61,097 nt of DNA, from positions 70,880,706 to 70,941,802 of the forward strand of contig NC_068988.1 in assembly GCF_001194135.2 (NCBI RefSeq), written 5' to 3'. Source of the DNA: Octopus bimaculoides. Its lineage: Eukaryota. The translations under genes were made by a program, and so were the position numbers. Below, one piece after another: positions 1 to 11,634 of this stretch; the first letter of the stretch is position 1; each line of letters begins with the position of its first letter. The notes under the pieces are model-generated. The model had not been told where the DNA came from. It saw only the letters and a program-made list of their open reading frames with translations, and ran no database searches.

Positions 1-259
1 ATTCTTCTTTCTCTCTTTTTCTTTTCTTTTTCTGTCGTCTTCCTTTTTCTTTCTTTCTTTCTGCTTATTAAAAAACTGACAAAAGCTGATGATGTCATTC
101 TATCAACGTATGGACGCTGGTTACTCACGTTCATAGTTTACGTTTGGTTTCTGAAATTTTGAATTTTCAATCACCTTTTGGTTTGAACTTGAGAAAGACA
201 GACGTTCTGTCGAAATGTTCAAAAAATAAAACATCTAAAATCGCACTCTTCGTCTTGAC

Positions 260-292
<33 letters not shown>

Positions 293-420
293 TAATAATA
301 ATAATAATCCTTTCTACTATAGGTACCAGGCCTGAAATTTTGTGGGAGGGAGGGCTAGTTGATTACAGTGCTCTACTGGTGTTTATATTATAGACCCCGA
401 AGGAGCAAAATCAACCTTTA
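260..420 (-). mobile_element. Partial tRNA-derived SINE (family A) with (ATT)n tail
   Basis: (AAT)n at 260-307 is followed by cctttctactataggtaccaggcctgaaatttt..., the reverse complement of the 3' half of the family A copies at 31171-31385 and 17062-17203. Confidence 0.7.
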
Positions 421-905
421 TAACAATACTCACCGTCGCGTTTGCGAGTTCGCTTTTGATGCAATGATATTCAATAGAATAAATCTATGGAACTGAAAGA
501 CCGGCAAAGCGTGAGCTAATTATCATTATTTATATATGCCAGACAATTGAAGATGTTTTTGTTTGTATTTCAATTAATTTACACATGCAGTACTAGCTAA
601 AATCTATGGATATATTCCGTACTTCATTGTACATATTCATAGTATCAAAAATGAACCATTTTGATACATTAGTGATTTACTTAAAGGAACTAACTACTAT
701 GAACGCATCAAATATACAAATCGGTGTGCCCGCTTTAAAGTGCTTAGTAATATTGACTATAAACTCAGATTCACAGTGGAGGGTGGTTCGAGAATTTTTA
801 ACGACCGTTGAGACTGTAGCTCCAATGATATTTGATAAAGACAGTCTCATAACAAGATATAACCTAAAACAAGATTTCATATTTGTTCCTAATTTAACGG
901 TCATA

Positions 906-1311
906 GTTGTTGTTGTTGTTGTTGTTGGCACTCCATCGCTTACGACGTCAAGGCTTCCAGTTGATCTGATCAACGGAACAGCCTGCTCGTGAAATTAACG
1001 TGCAAGTGGCTGAGCACTCCACAGACACGTGTACCCTTAACGTAGTTCTCGGGGAGATTCAGCGTGACACAGTGTGACAAGGCTGACCCTTTGAATTACA
1101 GGCACAACAGAAACAGGAAGTAAGAGTAAGAGAAAGTTGTGGTGAAAGAGTACAGCAGGGTTCGCCACCATCCCCTGCCAGAGCCTCGTGGAGCTTTAGG
1201 TGTTTTCGCTCAATAAACACTCACAAAGCCCGGTCTGGGAATCGAAACTGCGACCCTATGACCGCGAGTCCACTGCCCTAACACTGGGCCATTGCGCCTC
1301 CACAACGGTCA
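906..1311 (-). mobile_element. Near full-length tRNA-derived SINE (family C) with (CAA)n tail
   Basis: Minus strand begins gtggaggcgcaatggcccagtgttagggcagtggactcgcggtcatagggtcgcagtttcgattcccagaccgggc, a tRNA-like head with A-box and B-box (GTTTCGATTCC). It ends in (CAA)n, seen as (TTG)n at 906-927. Confidence 0.85.
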
Positions 1312-1365
1312 TAGTAAACAAATACTAAAATCAGATAAACACACATAAAGTGATACAAGCACACA

Positions 1366-1370
1366 AACAC

Positions 1371-1409
<39 letters not shown>

Positions 1410-1419
1410 TACACACACA
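1366..1419. repeat. (AC)n microsatellite
   Basis: Direct reading. Confidence 0.95.
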
Positions 1420-2937
1420 CTAAGAACAAGTCAACATTTCAGTTATTACAAAGCAAAGGAAATGTAGATTTATTGTCAATTTATTAACAAACTAGTTCTG
1501 TTTGTTAAAGACGGACAATATTGTTTTGTTTTTCTTTTTTTTTTTTTTTTTTTTGTTTAAAATTTATGTTTTACAGACAACAGAAAATCAGAAAAACACG
1601 TTTTCTTTAATTAGTAAAACTCAGTTTTCGCAGGATCTTTCCCTTGTCAATAAAATATCGCACTTTCTTTTTCTCTCTGATTGACTAATTGAGAATATAC
1701 ATTTATTCACAGTTGTCTCCATGTTAAAAGGATTTCTTGAGCAAATACGTGCAAATTAACGAGAAACATAGTGATTTAAAATAGAACAGTCTGGAAATTA
1801 AAAACTAATAAGGTAAATATTACATTTGAAGGAAAATAAGACGAAACACTGAAGCTGTTCAAGAGACACAACGTTCATAATATATCCAATGAATATAATT
1901 TAGATGAAAACATAAGATAGAATATATTTTAAACAATGCTCTTATTATTTAGTATTTACAAATGGAAAAGTTGTTTAAGATTTATTATTAGTTGCTATTG
2001 ATTGAGTAACAGAGAAAATAATAAAACGCTTGAAGACACAAAGTCCATGGGAGGTGGTAAAAGTGGTAACTGGGGTAAAATGTGTAATTTCTAATTTCTT
2101 GTTATTTTCTCCCTACCCGTTTGAAATTATTACTTTGTAAGTATCCCATCATCATTTTGTACTGTTGCATCGTCTTTGGAGGTAAAATTGGTCAGCATAG
2201 TTGTTCTTGAAACATAGTTACGTGACAGGTTCTTTTTATCGAGAAAAATATTTTCCAAATTTAACCCTTTTGTATTTGAGGTTGCTAATTAAATATTTCG
2301 ATAATTTTGGTATTTAACGATCAATATTGTTGTGTCCGTTTCCAAGTAATTTTTTTCCCTCATCTAATGTCTACTGTCATAATTTTCAATTTCAAAGAAT
2401 GATATCTAAACTGGGGTAAAATCAGTAATGATTAGTTTCAATAATTCCTTCTCTTTCACTGAATAGTGTATATCATGAAGAGATCCACGCCAACAGATTG
2501 CGAAGAAGCTATAGAGAATATTTTGTAGAGATTTTTAATTTAGCTGAGTTTCGTTAATTTCATAACATGTACCATTTTTCCATACTCCTCTTTCATTTGA
2601 CCTGGATGTTTTACACTTCAGTTGCATTTGTGATCTCCATGATGTCTAAGAATGGTTATTGAGATGTATGACTCTTTTCTTAAATGTAATTCTGGAGAAT
2701 TGAAGTGGTAAATTCCCCTAATCTTGTCTTCCTTATTTTCCCCAAGCTAAATTTGTCTTTCCATGCTCAAAGAGAAGAGAAATAATTTTCTGAAATAATG
2801 TTCTGAATATATATTAGCAACAGAGGCCGTATTAATACCGCGAAGTAATATTTATTTCCACTTAAACATGGGATTAGAATAAACATTACTTGATACCATC
2901 AGAGAAACTCTGCCAACTTCACTGCAGAGACCGGTAG

Positions 2938-3523
2938 GTCACGTGATTTCGACCTTCCTTGGTCTCAGTCATTTTTGTATCGATATGTAAATGTGAGTAG
3001 ATTTACGCCAGTCTCCTTTATAGTTATGGTAATATCACTATGATATTACTATAATATTTCTACGATACTGTAGGCATGACCAGTAATTATGGAGGGATGA
3101 CGTATATGCCATTTATATGGAACTATTGACCATTTGAGAACCTTCTACCCGCACAACCAAAACAGGAAAGGACTTTCACTACAACAGCCACAGTGTGCAG
3201 CAACCGAGGCATTAGTAACAGTAGCAGCAAGAAGCAGCAGCATCTGCACCAATATCAGCAACAGCAATGACAATAGCATTAATAGCGACGACACCAACGA
3301 GCGCAGCAACAACACTGTTGATAGCTGCGGCAACAACAACGCCAAGTTTAAATCATCAACAGTAACGGAAGAAGCTATTACAAATCAAAAGTCGCTACCT
3401 AGGATTTACTCCAATCCAGTACGCTATCTCTCTTTTTCTCACTCTCTCTTTCTCTCTCTCTGTCTATCTCGTTATCTATCTATCTCTATCTCTCTTTTAC
3501 TTGCTTCCCCTCCTATATACATA

Positions 3524-3566
<43 letters not shown>

Positions 3567-3940
3567 GAAGACAGACCCTTACTCCCGTCTTAGTGGGAGT
3601 CTTTCCATTCGACAATCTCATCTTATAGCGAGGAAGAAAAGTGGAGAGGCCAAGAAAAGCTAAAATGCTGAGAAAAAAAAACAAAAAGGAAATTGCACAG
3701 CAATAACATCATCTCTTTATCAACACCAAACACCGTTATATCCACCACAACATATACACCATCACTGTCGCCACCCCTACAAACAGTATCAAAAAGAAAA
3801 CATGCAAACGCAATAACAACAAGCACACAAGCGCAAAACTAGCAAGCACACAAACCCGACAACAACCAGAAAAACAACACCAGCTAAATGCTCCTACAAC
3901 AATAACAAATCTTAACCACACTTAAGTTTCTTCAAGTAAG
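2938..3940 (+). promoter_or_regulatory. Candidate promoter / non-coding first-exon zone
   Basis: No recognisable TE. GTCACGTGAT E-box at 2938-2947, CAG/AAC-rich block 3134-3418 ending in a donor-like CCA|GTACGC (GT at 3419), (CT)n and (CA)n tracts, and a second CA-rich block ending CAA|GTAAGA (GT at 3936). No transcript evidence; strand uncertain. Confidence 0.3.
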
Positions 3941-4239
3941 AAGGAAAAATAAAGAAACCTTTATCATACATCGCAAAAAAAATGAGGATATCAAGTTTGA
4001 AGGGGAAGGACTTTGATAGGTAAATCTTCCAGTTGGTACATACAATTATTAGAGAATGGTTCGAACATAACTCAGGAAACCCAGCATCGGGGCCACGAAC
4101 AAACTCCTTCGGGTTTTCCCTATAGAGCCCCATACAGAGATGGGATATTAATGCATAGGATTACCAATAGATAAACCATTAAAATAGGTGAGCTCATTTC
4201 CTTTTACTTTTCTTTTCTATCAACATAGCTGCACTGAGA

Positions 4240-4900
4240 ATGGGTTGCATAAATGCACGTCCTGGATCACCATGGATACAGGTTCAGCTACTCGATGACT
4301 TCAGGTTACTATTTATAAATGAGGTAACCATCATCAAGTCCATGATTTGTGATACACGCGCTTCAGGGCTATACTATTTTGACAATTTTGAAATCTATGC
4401 GTCTCTTAGTCGACTTAGAGTGATGGGGTTTGAGTGATGATGTTGATTCGAAAAGGCCTGGGCCTTGAGAATCGACCGATGTTTCTAATTCCGGACGTTG
4501 TGTTAGTTGTCTTGAGTGTCAACATTAGCGAAGTGGGTGCCCTCAGAGTAGTAGCTGCCTACGCCCCAACTGGAGCATGGAAACAAGATTTCTTCAGGTA
4601 TCTGAGGTTTTTCCAGAAACGTCCATATCTTTAGTGCTAATGAATGACCGGAACACGATCCTGGATGCACGTTTGGACTGGATGGAGCTATCTTATAGGA
4701 GAGTGGCTTACAAAAACCTCGCAAGCCTATTCAGTCGTTTCTATCTTCCTGAGACATACGACTAAATTTCATTGTATTTAGAAAGATTATTCAGTAGACC
4801 AGCAGATAGGGAATAGCTCTATAAATTGTTGACAAACTTCCCACAATTCAAAGTCGGGAGCTACACAGACAAGATTTATGATTTTTAGAGCCAATCGAGG
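4240..4900 (+). mobile_element. Decayed L1-clade (Tx1-like) ORF2 APE endonuclease fragment
   Basis: Frameshifted GCINAR...LLDDFRLL, then LRVVAAYAPTGAWKQDFFRYL, collinear with LNDLRLL...FRLVAIYAPTGAGRPDFFRRL at 12527-12886. Confidence 0.8.
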
Positions 4901-5969
4901 GAGGCTTCATAGGTAGATCTGCACTGCGACTGCCAATAGAACGGGAGTATTCCCTGCTCTGTGAAACGGTGTGCTACTACAATTTTTACTACTTTAGGTC
5001 CGTAACTACGAAATGCAGAGTTAAAGTTTTTGGTTAACGTGTTAACGATGAGGTTGGCGTTTGTCATTGATGGTGTGGTCGGTGATGCACAAACGTGTAC
5101 CATCCCGGACATATCTATCCACGAAAACTTCCACCTTACACCGCTCATCACAGAAAGGGTTGATAAGAAAGCTGGCATGATCCCCTGCCCCTTATCAATC
5201 TAGATGAATTGAATGCTTCTAATAGGATCAACTATCAATATTGTCTCACAGCAACTTTAGAAATGGACCGCTGCAATGTACCGTGACACCTGCTCCGTAA
5301 ATGGCCGCCTATCTAAACTATTCAATATCTTGCTTTCGATCTACCGAGGATTCCCTTTCTATTTTCCCAACCCGAAAGTTGCATATTATTTCCCACTCTC
5401 ACTTCCATGAATCCATTTCCTTGTGCCTCACCATAAAATACCGTTTGAAAGCATTTCTACAGAACTCCTTTTCTGGCCATGAATTTTCTTTCAGATAAAC
5501 CGACATTAGATCAGTGTAAAATCAACTGTTTCAATGGTATCTGAAAAAAATGCTCGCTAAGTTCCATAATGATAGAATTAATTAAATAAATACATGCGGG
5601 TTCGCATGTTTTGGCTTGTTGTGAAATTAGTACCCGTGATTAAATCACAGGGTATTTGGCATCTTGATTTGATGGCAAAACCTAATAATTTGTTATTTCA
5701 TCAAAAACATTTATCACCTACTTCTCTCTCCCAACTTGCGTACTTAGAGTACCCCAAAACAGATGACTTGGCAAGTATCTTCACGCAACTTAGGTTATAC
5801 TATTGTAGATTTTGTTCTAGGTCCAATTAGATCTCAGAGATGCCTACCAGTCTTGTAAATACTGAATATATTTGAGATTTAGTTGATTATCTTGTATATC
5901 CAACAAAAATTACTTTCTAGTCGCCATAATTTATGTCAATAATATTTGCCTGTAGTAACTATCATAAAT

Positions 5970-6180
5970 ATTGGTTCCAAATTTTGGCCAGCAGTTTCAA
6001 GGAAAGGGGACACTCGATTATATCGACCGCGGTGCTCAACTCGTCCTCATTTTATCGACCTCTGGAAGGATGGAAGGCGAAGTCGACTTCGGTAGAATTT
6101 GAACTCAGAACGTAAAGACGGGTGAATTGCCACTAAGCATTTTGGCCGGTGTGCTAACGGTTCCGCCAGCTCGCTGCCTT
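5970..6180 (-). mobile_element. tRNA-derived SINE family A
   Basis: Reverse complement starts aaggcagcgagctggcggaaccgttagcac... and contains ttctgagttcaaattc (B-box-like), matching 31171-31385. Confidence 0.85.
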
Positions 6181-6552
6181 AATTAACATAAATATTAATT
6201 TATACTTCCCTTTTTTTTTTCAATTAGTAATGTTAATGGAAATATTCTTTGATAGTGTTTTTGCCAGTTCCAGTGGTCAACAAGTCTTTAAGAAAGCGCA
6301 ACCAAACTAGTGTAATTAAATTTGCTTTCCTTTCTGAAGCCGTTTTCAATACAATTACTACCAAATTCAATTGGTGTTAAATTTAGCATCATTATGGAAA
6401 CTAATTTTGATATTAATCTCTTTCCCATAATTGAATATAAAACAGGTGCGCATTTTCAACTTAGAAGTGAGCTGTTTGGTTGACTGCAAAAAAATCCAAC
6501 AAAGAGATATAGCATATGTTTATATACATATATATATGTACTACAAGTTACT

Positions 6553-6775
6553 GGTTTAGATTCGGAGCCACTAATTTTGTGGAGAGGAGGTTGGTCGATT
6601 ACATTGATCCCCTCCCATAGTGCTCCGCCTTTATTTTTATGAACCCCTAAAGGATGAATATCAAACTAGTTTTAGGCAGGATTTGAACTTAAAGCATAAT
6701 GCTTCACAGTAAGTACAGCAAAGCATTTCTTCCACCACTCTATTATATTCTACCAATCAACATCCTTAAAGATTA
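6553..6775 (-). mobile_element. Old diverged SINE family A copy
   Basis: Retains ggtcgattacattgatcccc, aaggatgaa and ggatttgaactta in the order seen in other minus-strand copies. Confidence 0.5.
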
Positions 6776-7139
6776 TATTTCTGACTAATTTTTGCACAAA
6801 ACTAGCAATTTTAGGAAAGTTGATTAGTCAATTACATCGAGCCCAGTAAACAACAGATACTATTTTCTTGGTCTCTAAAGAATGAAATATAAAGTTGACC
6901 TCTGCGAAATTTGAAGTTCGAAATAACAAGCAAGAAGAAATAACTCTAAGCATTTTGTTCGGTGCGTTAACAATTCTGCAAAAAAAAATAATAATGATAA
7001 TAATAATTTCATTTATTTGCCACGAGGGCGAAAGATCAGTGGGACAATACAGAGACAGACATAAAGTGTTGGGGTTCACATATAATAATGAAATGATGAA
7101 TAAAAATTATACACGGTATAGACTGGGAAAGAGCGCGTT

Positions 7140-7303
7140 GTTTATCTTGATATGAGATCACCATGTAATGCACATGCGGTTGTGATACATGTGCCTAGTA
7201 TAGCCTTATCAGACGGGTAGTGATGATGGGTATACAGGGCTACGTATATTTTACCCCAGTGTCACTTTGATAGCATGCACTGCTCTCTCAATAATAATAA
7301 TAA
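7140..7303 (+). mobile_element. 3' fragment of unclassified retroposon family D with (AAT)n tail
   Basis: tatcttgatatgaga...ccttatcagacgggtagt...accccagtgtcactttgat.gcatg.actgctctctca matches 23076-23225; both end in (AAT)n. Confidence 0.75.
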
Positions 7304-7507
7304 TCCTGTGTACTATAGGCACAAGGCCTAAAATTTTGGAGGAGCGTGTAATCGATTACATCGACTCCAGTGTTTTTCTGGTACTTTATTTATCTATCCC
7401 GAAAAGATGAAAGGCAAAGTCGACCTCAGCGGAATTTGAACTCAGAACGTAAAGACAGAGGAAATGCCTCTAAACGGCGTGCTAACGATTCTGCCAGCTG
7501 GTCGCCT
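7304..7507 (-). mobile_element. tRNA-derived SINE family A
   Basis: gtcgacctcagcggaatttgaactcagaacgtaaagacag...gctaacgattctgccagctggtcgcctt is the reverse complement of the family A head and body. Confidence 0.88.
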
Positions 7508-7537
7508 TATAATAATAATAATAGTAATGATAATAAC

Positions 7538-7623
<86 letters not shown>

Positions 7624-7671
7624 GAAGAAGAAGAAGAAGAAGAAGAAGAAGAAGAAGAAGAAGAAGAAGAA
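7508..7671. repeat. Compound (AAT)n(AAG)n microsatellite
   Basis: Direct reading; the motif switches at about 7621. Confidence 0.97.
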
Positions 7672-9481
7672 TCCCTTCTTTATTAGCTCCACTGGCCGAC
7701 AAAAATAAGATGGGCATTACAAAACATGAAGGACAAAGTGGGGTTACATAGAGTGTCGTGTAAAAAGTCAATAACAATGAAAATTATGACCCAAAAAATG
7801 CCTAAAAGAGGAAAGCAACTCTTGGCTACACGTGGAGACCCCACTAAAAATCCACAATTCCACGACCACTAGGGAAACAGCCCTCTCCCCATCTTTCCTT
7901 CTCTCTCTCTCTCTCTCTCTCTCAGTCTTGGAAACTCAAAAGTAAGCCCGTTGACACGGACCACCATTTAACAAAATTGCTGGAAGTCAGCATTTCTCTC
8001 TCAATCCTCACTTTCTTTTTCAGATGGTATCTGAAAAAGTTGATGAGGGGTAGGCCAAAGAGAAAAGTATTTGTCTTCAGCCCTTTCAGTCTAGACCATC
8101 ACACAACCTCTTTCACTACTGCCACGGGACAGATGAAAAGTGCCTTCCCTTGCCGGCCGAAAGAAAGCAGCAGGGTAATCTTCATGATGGAATCAGCCGA
8201 CAAGCGGATACGTCCTAGGCGTGACAGCAGGTGTCCGACATAAACCTATATATCAGATATGCTTGGGCACAGGACGAGTGGGCGCAGAACAGTTTCGTCA
8301 CTCTGCGCACATCTCGAGCAGGTCCGACTAACAGTACTTCCATGCCTGTAGAATTTACATCGAACAGGCAAAGCCTCCCTGTGGCACTACCAGGCCAAGG
8401 ATTTCTGGAAGTTATCCATAGGCTCGGGCCGAAATTCCTCCGGAACAGACTAGCGAGTTGAAATTCATCGACACCTAGAGTCTCTCCAACAAATTCGTCG
8501 TTTCCTTTCACCACTAACCCTCTACAAAACGCCATAGTACAACTTCCACTGACCACATTGCTCGACTGATTCTGATTTTATCTTCCAAGTTAAGAGTGAC
8601 GGCTGCGACAGTCAAGCAAGCGTTCCTTTCTGGCTGGTGGTATCTCCAGTATCTTTATCTTGGCGAAAGCGCCTTTCCTAGTATGTTGGAACTAGGACAG
8701 GTTCAGTGTTTCTCAGCTGGGCTGTTGAGTACCGTTTTGCTATGTCTTCTGTTGCCAATCTGACTTTAATTGTGCCATATTTCTTACCCCTCGACAGCAA
8801 GCATTTTTTAATTGCTTGCTTTGTGGAAGTTTCTAAATGTCTATTTTTTAAAGGTATAGTTTTGTACACTATGGTACGTTTGTTTGTATTGTCTATATCT
8901 GGAAGTGTGTTTATCGAAACACATCTTTCGCTTTTTCGTTTTGAAATGTTTCTGTAGTCTTTGAGAGATTCTACAGAAACATTTATGAATTCATTTCTAG
9001 GTTTTGTCATTGAAATAAAACCTCGGCTGTTTGATGGGTTGTTATGGTTGAATGCTCATTGTGTTAGTGTTAGTGGATGTAATGAGAAGGCTTGGATTCA
9101 CAGGTGTTGCGACGCTAGCAGCGTCCATTAGCTGAATTTCTTTGCTCTTTTCTTCTTCTTTCTCACTTTTCTTTTCTGCCTTTTCCTTCTGTTCCTCAGC
9201 GTTGTAAGTGCTAGGAGGACTTGGGTCGTCCCTCTCCCTGTCTTTTAAGGCGTGGAGTGGGCGGAGACAATTACTTTTCAAACTTTTTTTGCTTTCTTCC
9301 GACAGCAGAGGAGGGAAGTCAAAAAGAATGGAAGAGCTGATACATTTCTCCAAAGACATTTTTATAAAATTTAAAATTGAAAAATGAAAAAATGGAGAAT
9401 TTAAATTAAAAATTCGCTACAAAAAGGGAGAAGTCCCGCCTAACCGCTCAGCTCAGCAAAAGCCCAGTCGGCCTGGACACA
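7672..9481 (-). mobile_element. Tx1-like L1-clade element: ORF1 N-terminal part joined to ORF2 C-terminus and 3' UTR, lacking EN and RT
   Basis: 9359-~8570: ORF1-like (SRGKKYGTIKVRLATEDIAKRYSTAQLRNTEPVLVPTY), homologous to 13888-14280 (TRGKTFRTIEVRFGVEEEARCNSATTLKNDNFFLFSSY). ~8565-7965: ORF2 C-terminal Cys/His region (DNFQKSLAW*CHREALPVR...RTCSRCAQSDETVL...FFRYHL...VRIER). AATAAA at 7684-7679. Confidence 0.78.
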
Positions 9482-9680
9482 NNNNNNNNNNNNNNNNNNN
9501 NNNNNNNNNNNNNNNNNNNNNNNNNNNNNNNNNNNNNNNNNNNNNNNNNNNNNNNNNNNNNNNNNNNNNNNNNNNNNNNNNNNNNNNNNNNNNNNNNNNN
9601 NNNNNNNNNNNNNNNNNNNNNNNNNNNNNNNNNNNNNNNNNNNNNNNNNNNNNNNNNNNNNNNNNNNNNNNNNNNNNNNN

Positions 9681-9908
<228 letters not shown>

Positions 9909-9984
9909 TCAAGATTGAAGGTAAAAAAAACAATAAGGAGGGCGCGACTGTTATTGGTAATAGAGATAGACTCTAATGAAACGA

Positions 9985-11634
9985 ATGAACAATATTTCGA
10001 CACTCTGTATCTCTTACAAGTTCAAAATATAAAATGAAATGAAATTCAAAGATAGGAAACGCCGAAACATTCAATATTAAACCGGAATAACTGTGTTTCT
10101 TTCCAGGTAAAACGACATCATCAGTCTTCGGTCTTTCACAAAAGGTAGCAGAAGGAAGGAAAGAAAGAAAAAAACAATAAATAAAGAAAAAAATTGTATA
10201 GATATGGTGGAATTCACCAGCCGTTTTATTAATTCCTTCCAGCTGAGATGTCAACAATTCACGAATATATCTATCCTCATGGGTTTTGAGGACTAAAAGT
10301 AAAGTGGGGTGGAGTGAGGGTATTTTTTGAGAATGCACACTTTCAAGTCTTCCTCAAATTTACACCTGTTTGATGTGAAATGTTCCACAAGTTCCCCGGT
10401 AGGACTGTTATTGTGTCTAACGTCGTACCTATGTCCGTTAAATCTCTTTTGTAATCGTTCTGTTGTGCAACTAACGTAAACCATTTCGTGTTTGGTGCAT
10501 TCCGCTGCATACACCAAATGGGAATCCTTAAATGTCCCTCCTCCAGTGTAAAGCATAACATTTCTGTTTACAATTCTTGATGGAATTGCTCTGACTCATG
10601 TTATTGCACAACAAACAGGGCTTACCTCTCTTATGGGTGTGTTTGGGGTGCAGTGTTCAGAAACTCCAATGGAGTTTTTATTAGAGTTACTGGTCAATAT
10701 TTCTTTAATATTTCTATTACGTCTAGAGGTTACAATAGGCAGAAGAGGAAATATTTGTCGAAAATAAGGATATTTTTCTGAAATATGTTGGTAACTGTCA
10801 TGCAACACTTTTGAAATGCTAGCGAATCTTCGGTGCCAGTTAATCGTTAAGGGAATTCAGCCATACGATCTTTTCTGACTACTAAAATTAGACGTGAAAG
10901 TTTCACTATCACTATCGATTTCAGCTATGTCCTTCGTGATTTCCTTTAATTGTGATTCACTATAACCTGACTTTACATAATGGCGCACAAAAGCATTTGC
11001 ATGTTTCCAATAATCCCCAATTCCTGTGGAAATACGTTTTATCCTCAAAAAGTGGGACTTCGAATTTGATCTAATTGTATGATGTAGATGATCAGAGTGA
11101 TGGTGGAGATAAATATGGGATGATGTGGATTTGCCAAAGAATTCTGTGACTATTCGGCCTTCCGAAAACTTAACTTTTGTGTCCAAAACTTCCACGCTTG
11201 TTTTTGAAAAGCTCGACATGAATTTTATTTTGGACTTAAAGCCATAGTCATCCTCGAAGCAGTAACAGAAATGTAAAAAATGACTAAAAAGACATTTTTC
11301 TTCCCGAGAAAAAAAGGTCGTCGTCAATGAACCGTAACCAGAGTATAGGTTCAGGACCATGCAGGGATTTGAATGCTTTCATTAATTGCGTTTCACATTT
11401 TTTCAAGACATTTGCGAAATTAACTGCCAAAGGGGTACCCATGGCGTATCCCTTCCTCTGATGGAAATTGTGTTCCTTTGTAACATAAATTTAATTTACA
11501 GAGAAACTTTTGAGGGAATACTTTTCTTTGACCGTTTTTCAAAGACTTTCATTCATGCTTCAACCCCTTCATCGCGATCGATGTTGGGATATTAGGAAGA
11601 AACATCCATGGTTACCAAAAACAGTCTTTAACAC
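9985..11634 (-). mobile_element. Penelope-like element (PLE), 5'-truncated: RT motifs, thumb and GIY-YIG endonuclease, frameshifted
   Basis: VTMDVSS..PNI (~11615), QRKG.AMGTPLAVNFAN (~11450), LWLRFIDD (~11335), SVEVLDTKV...KSTSSHIYLHHHSDH...LRIKRIS, linker PIVTSRRNRNIKEIL, and GIY-YIG LVYAAECTKHEMVYVSCTTERLQKRFNGHR...EDRYIRELLTSQLEGIN. Confidence 0.9.

Noticed and set aside
606-992. 128-aa ORF, with an overlapping 98-aa antisense ORF
   Set aside because: No recognisable domain, the 3' part runs into a SINE, and there are no convincing splice signals.
1240-1311. tRNA-like heads here and at 14940-15000, 54250-54290 and in SINE families A and B
   Set aside because: They lack complete cloverleaves and, where the body is recognisable, continue into SINE sequence; not tRNA genes.
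2060-2430. Repeated ctggggtaaaat (2069 and 2410), reminiscent of pogo-like ends
   Set aside because: The copies are direct, not inverted, and no transposase motif was found.
4885-5178. NFNSAFRSYG resembling Helitron Rep
   Set aside because: A single short motif only, with no other Rep or helicase signature.
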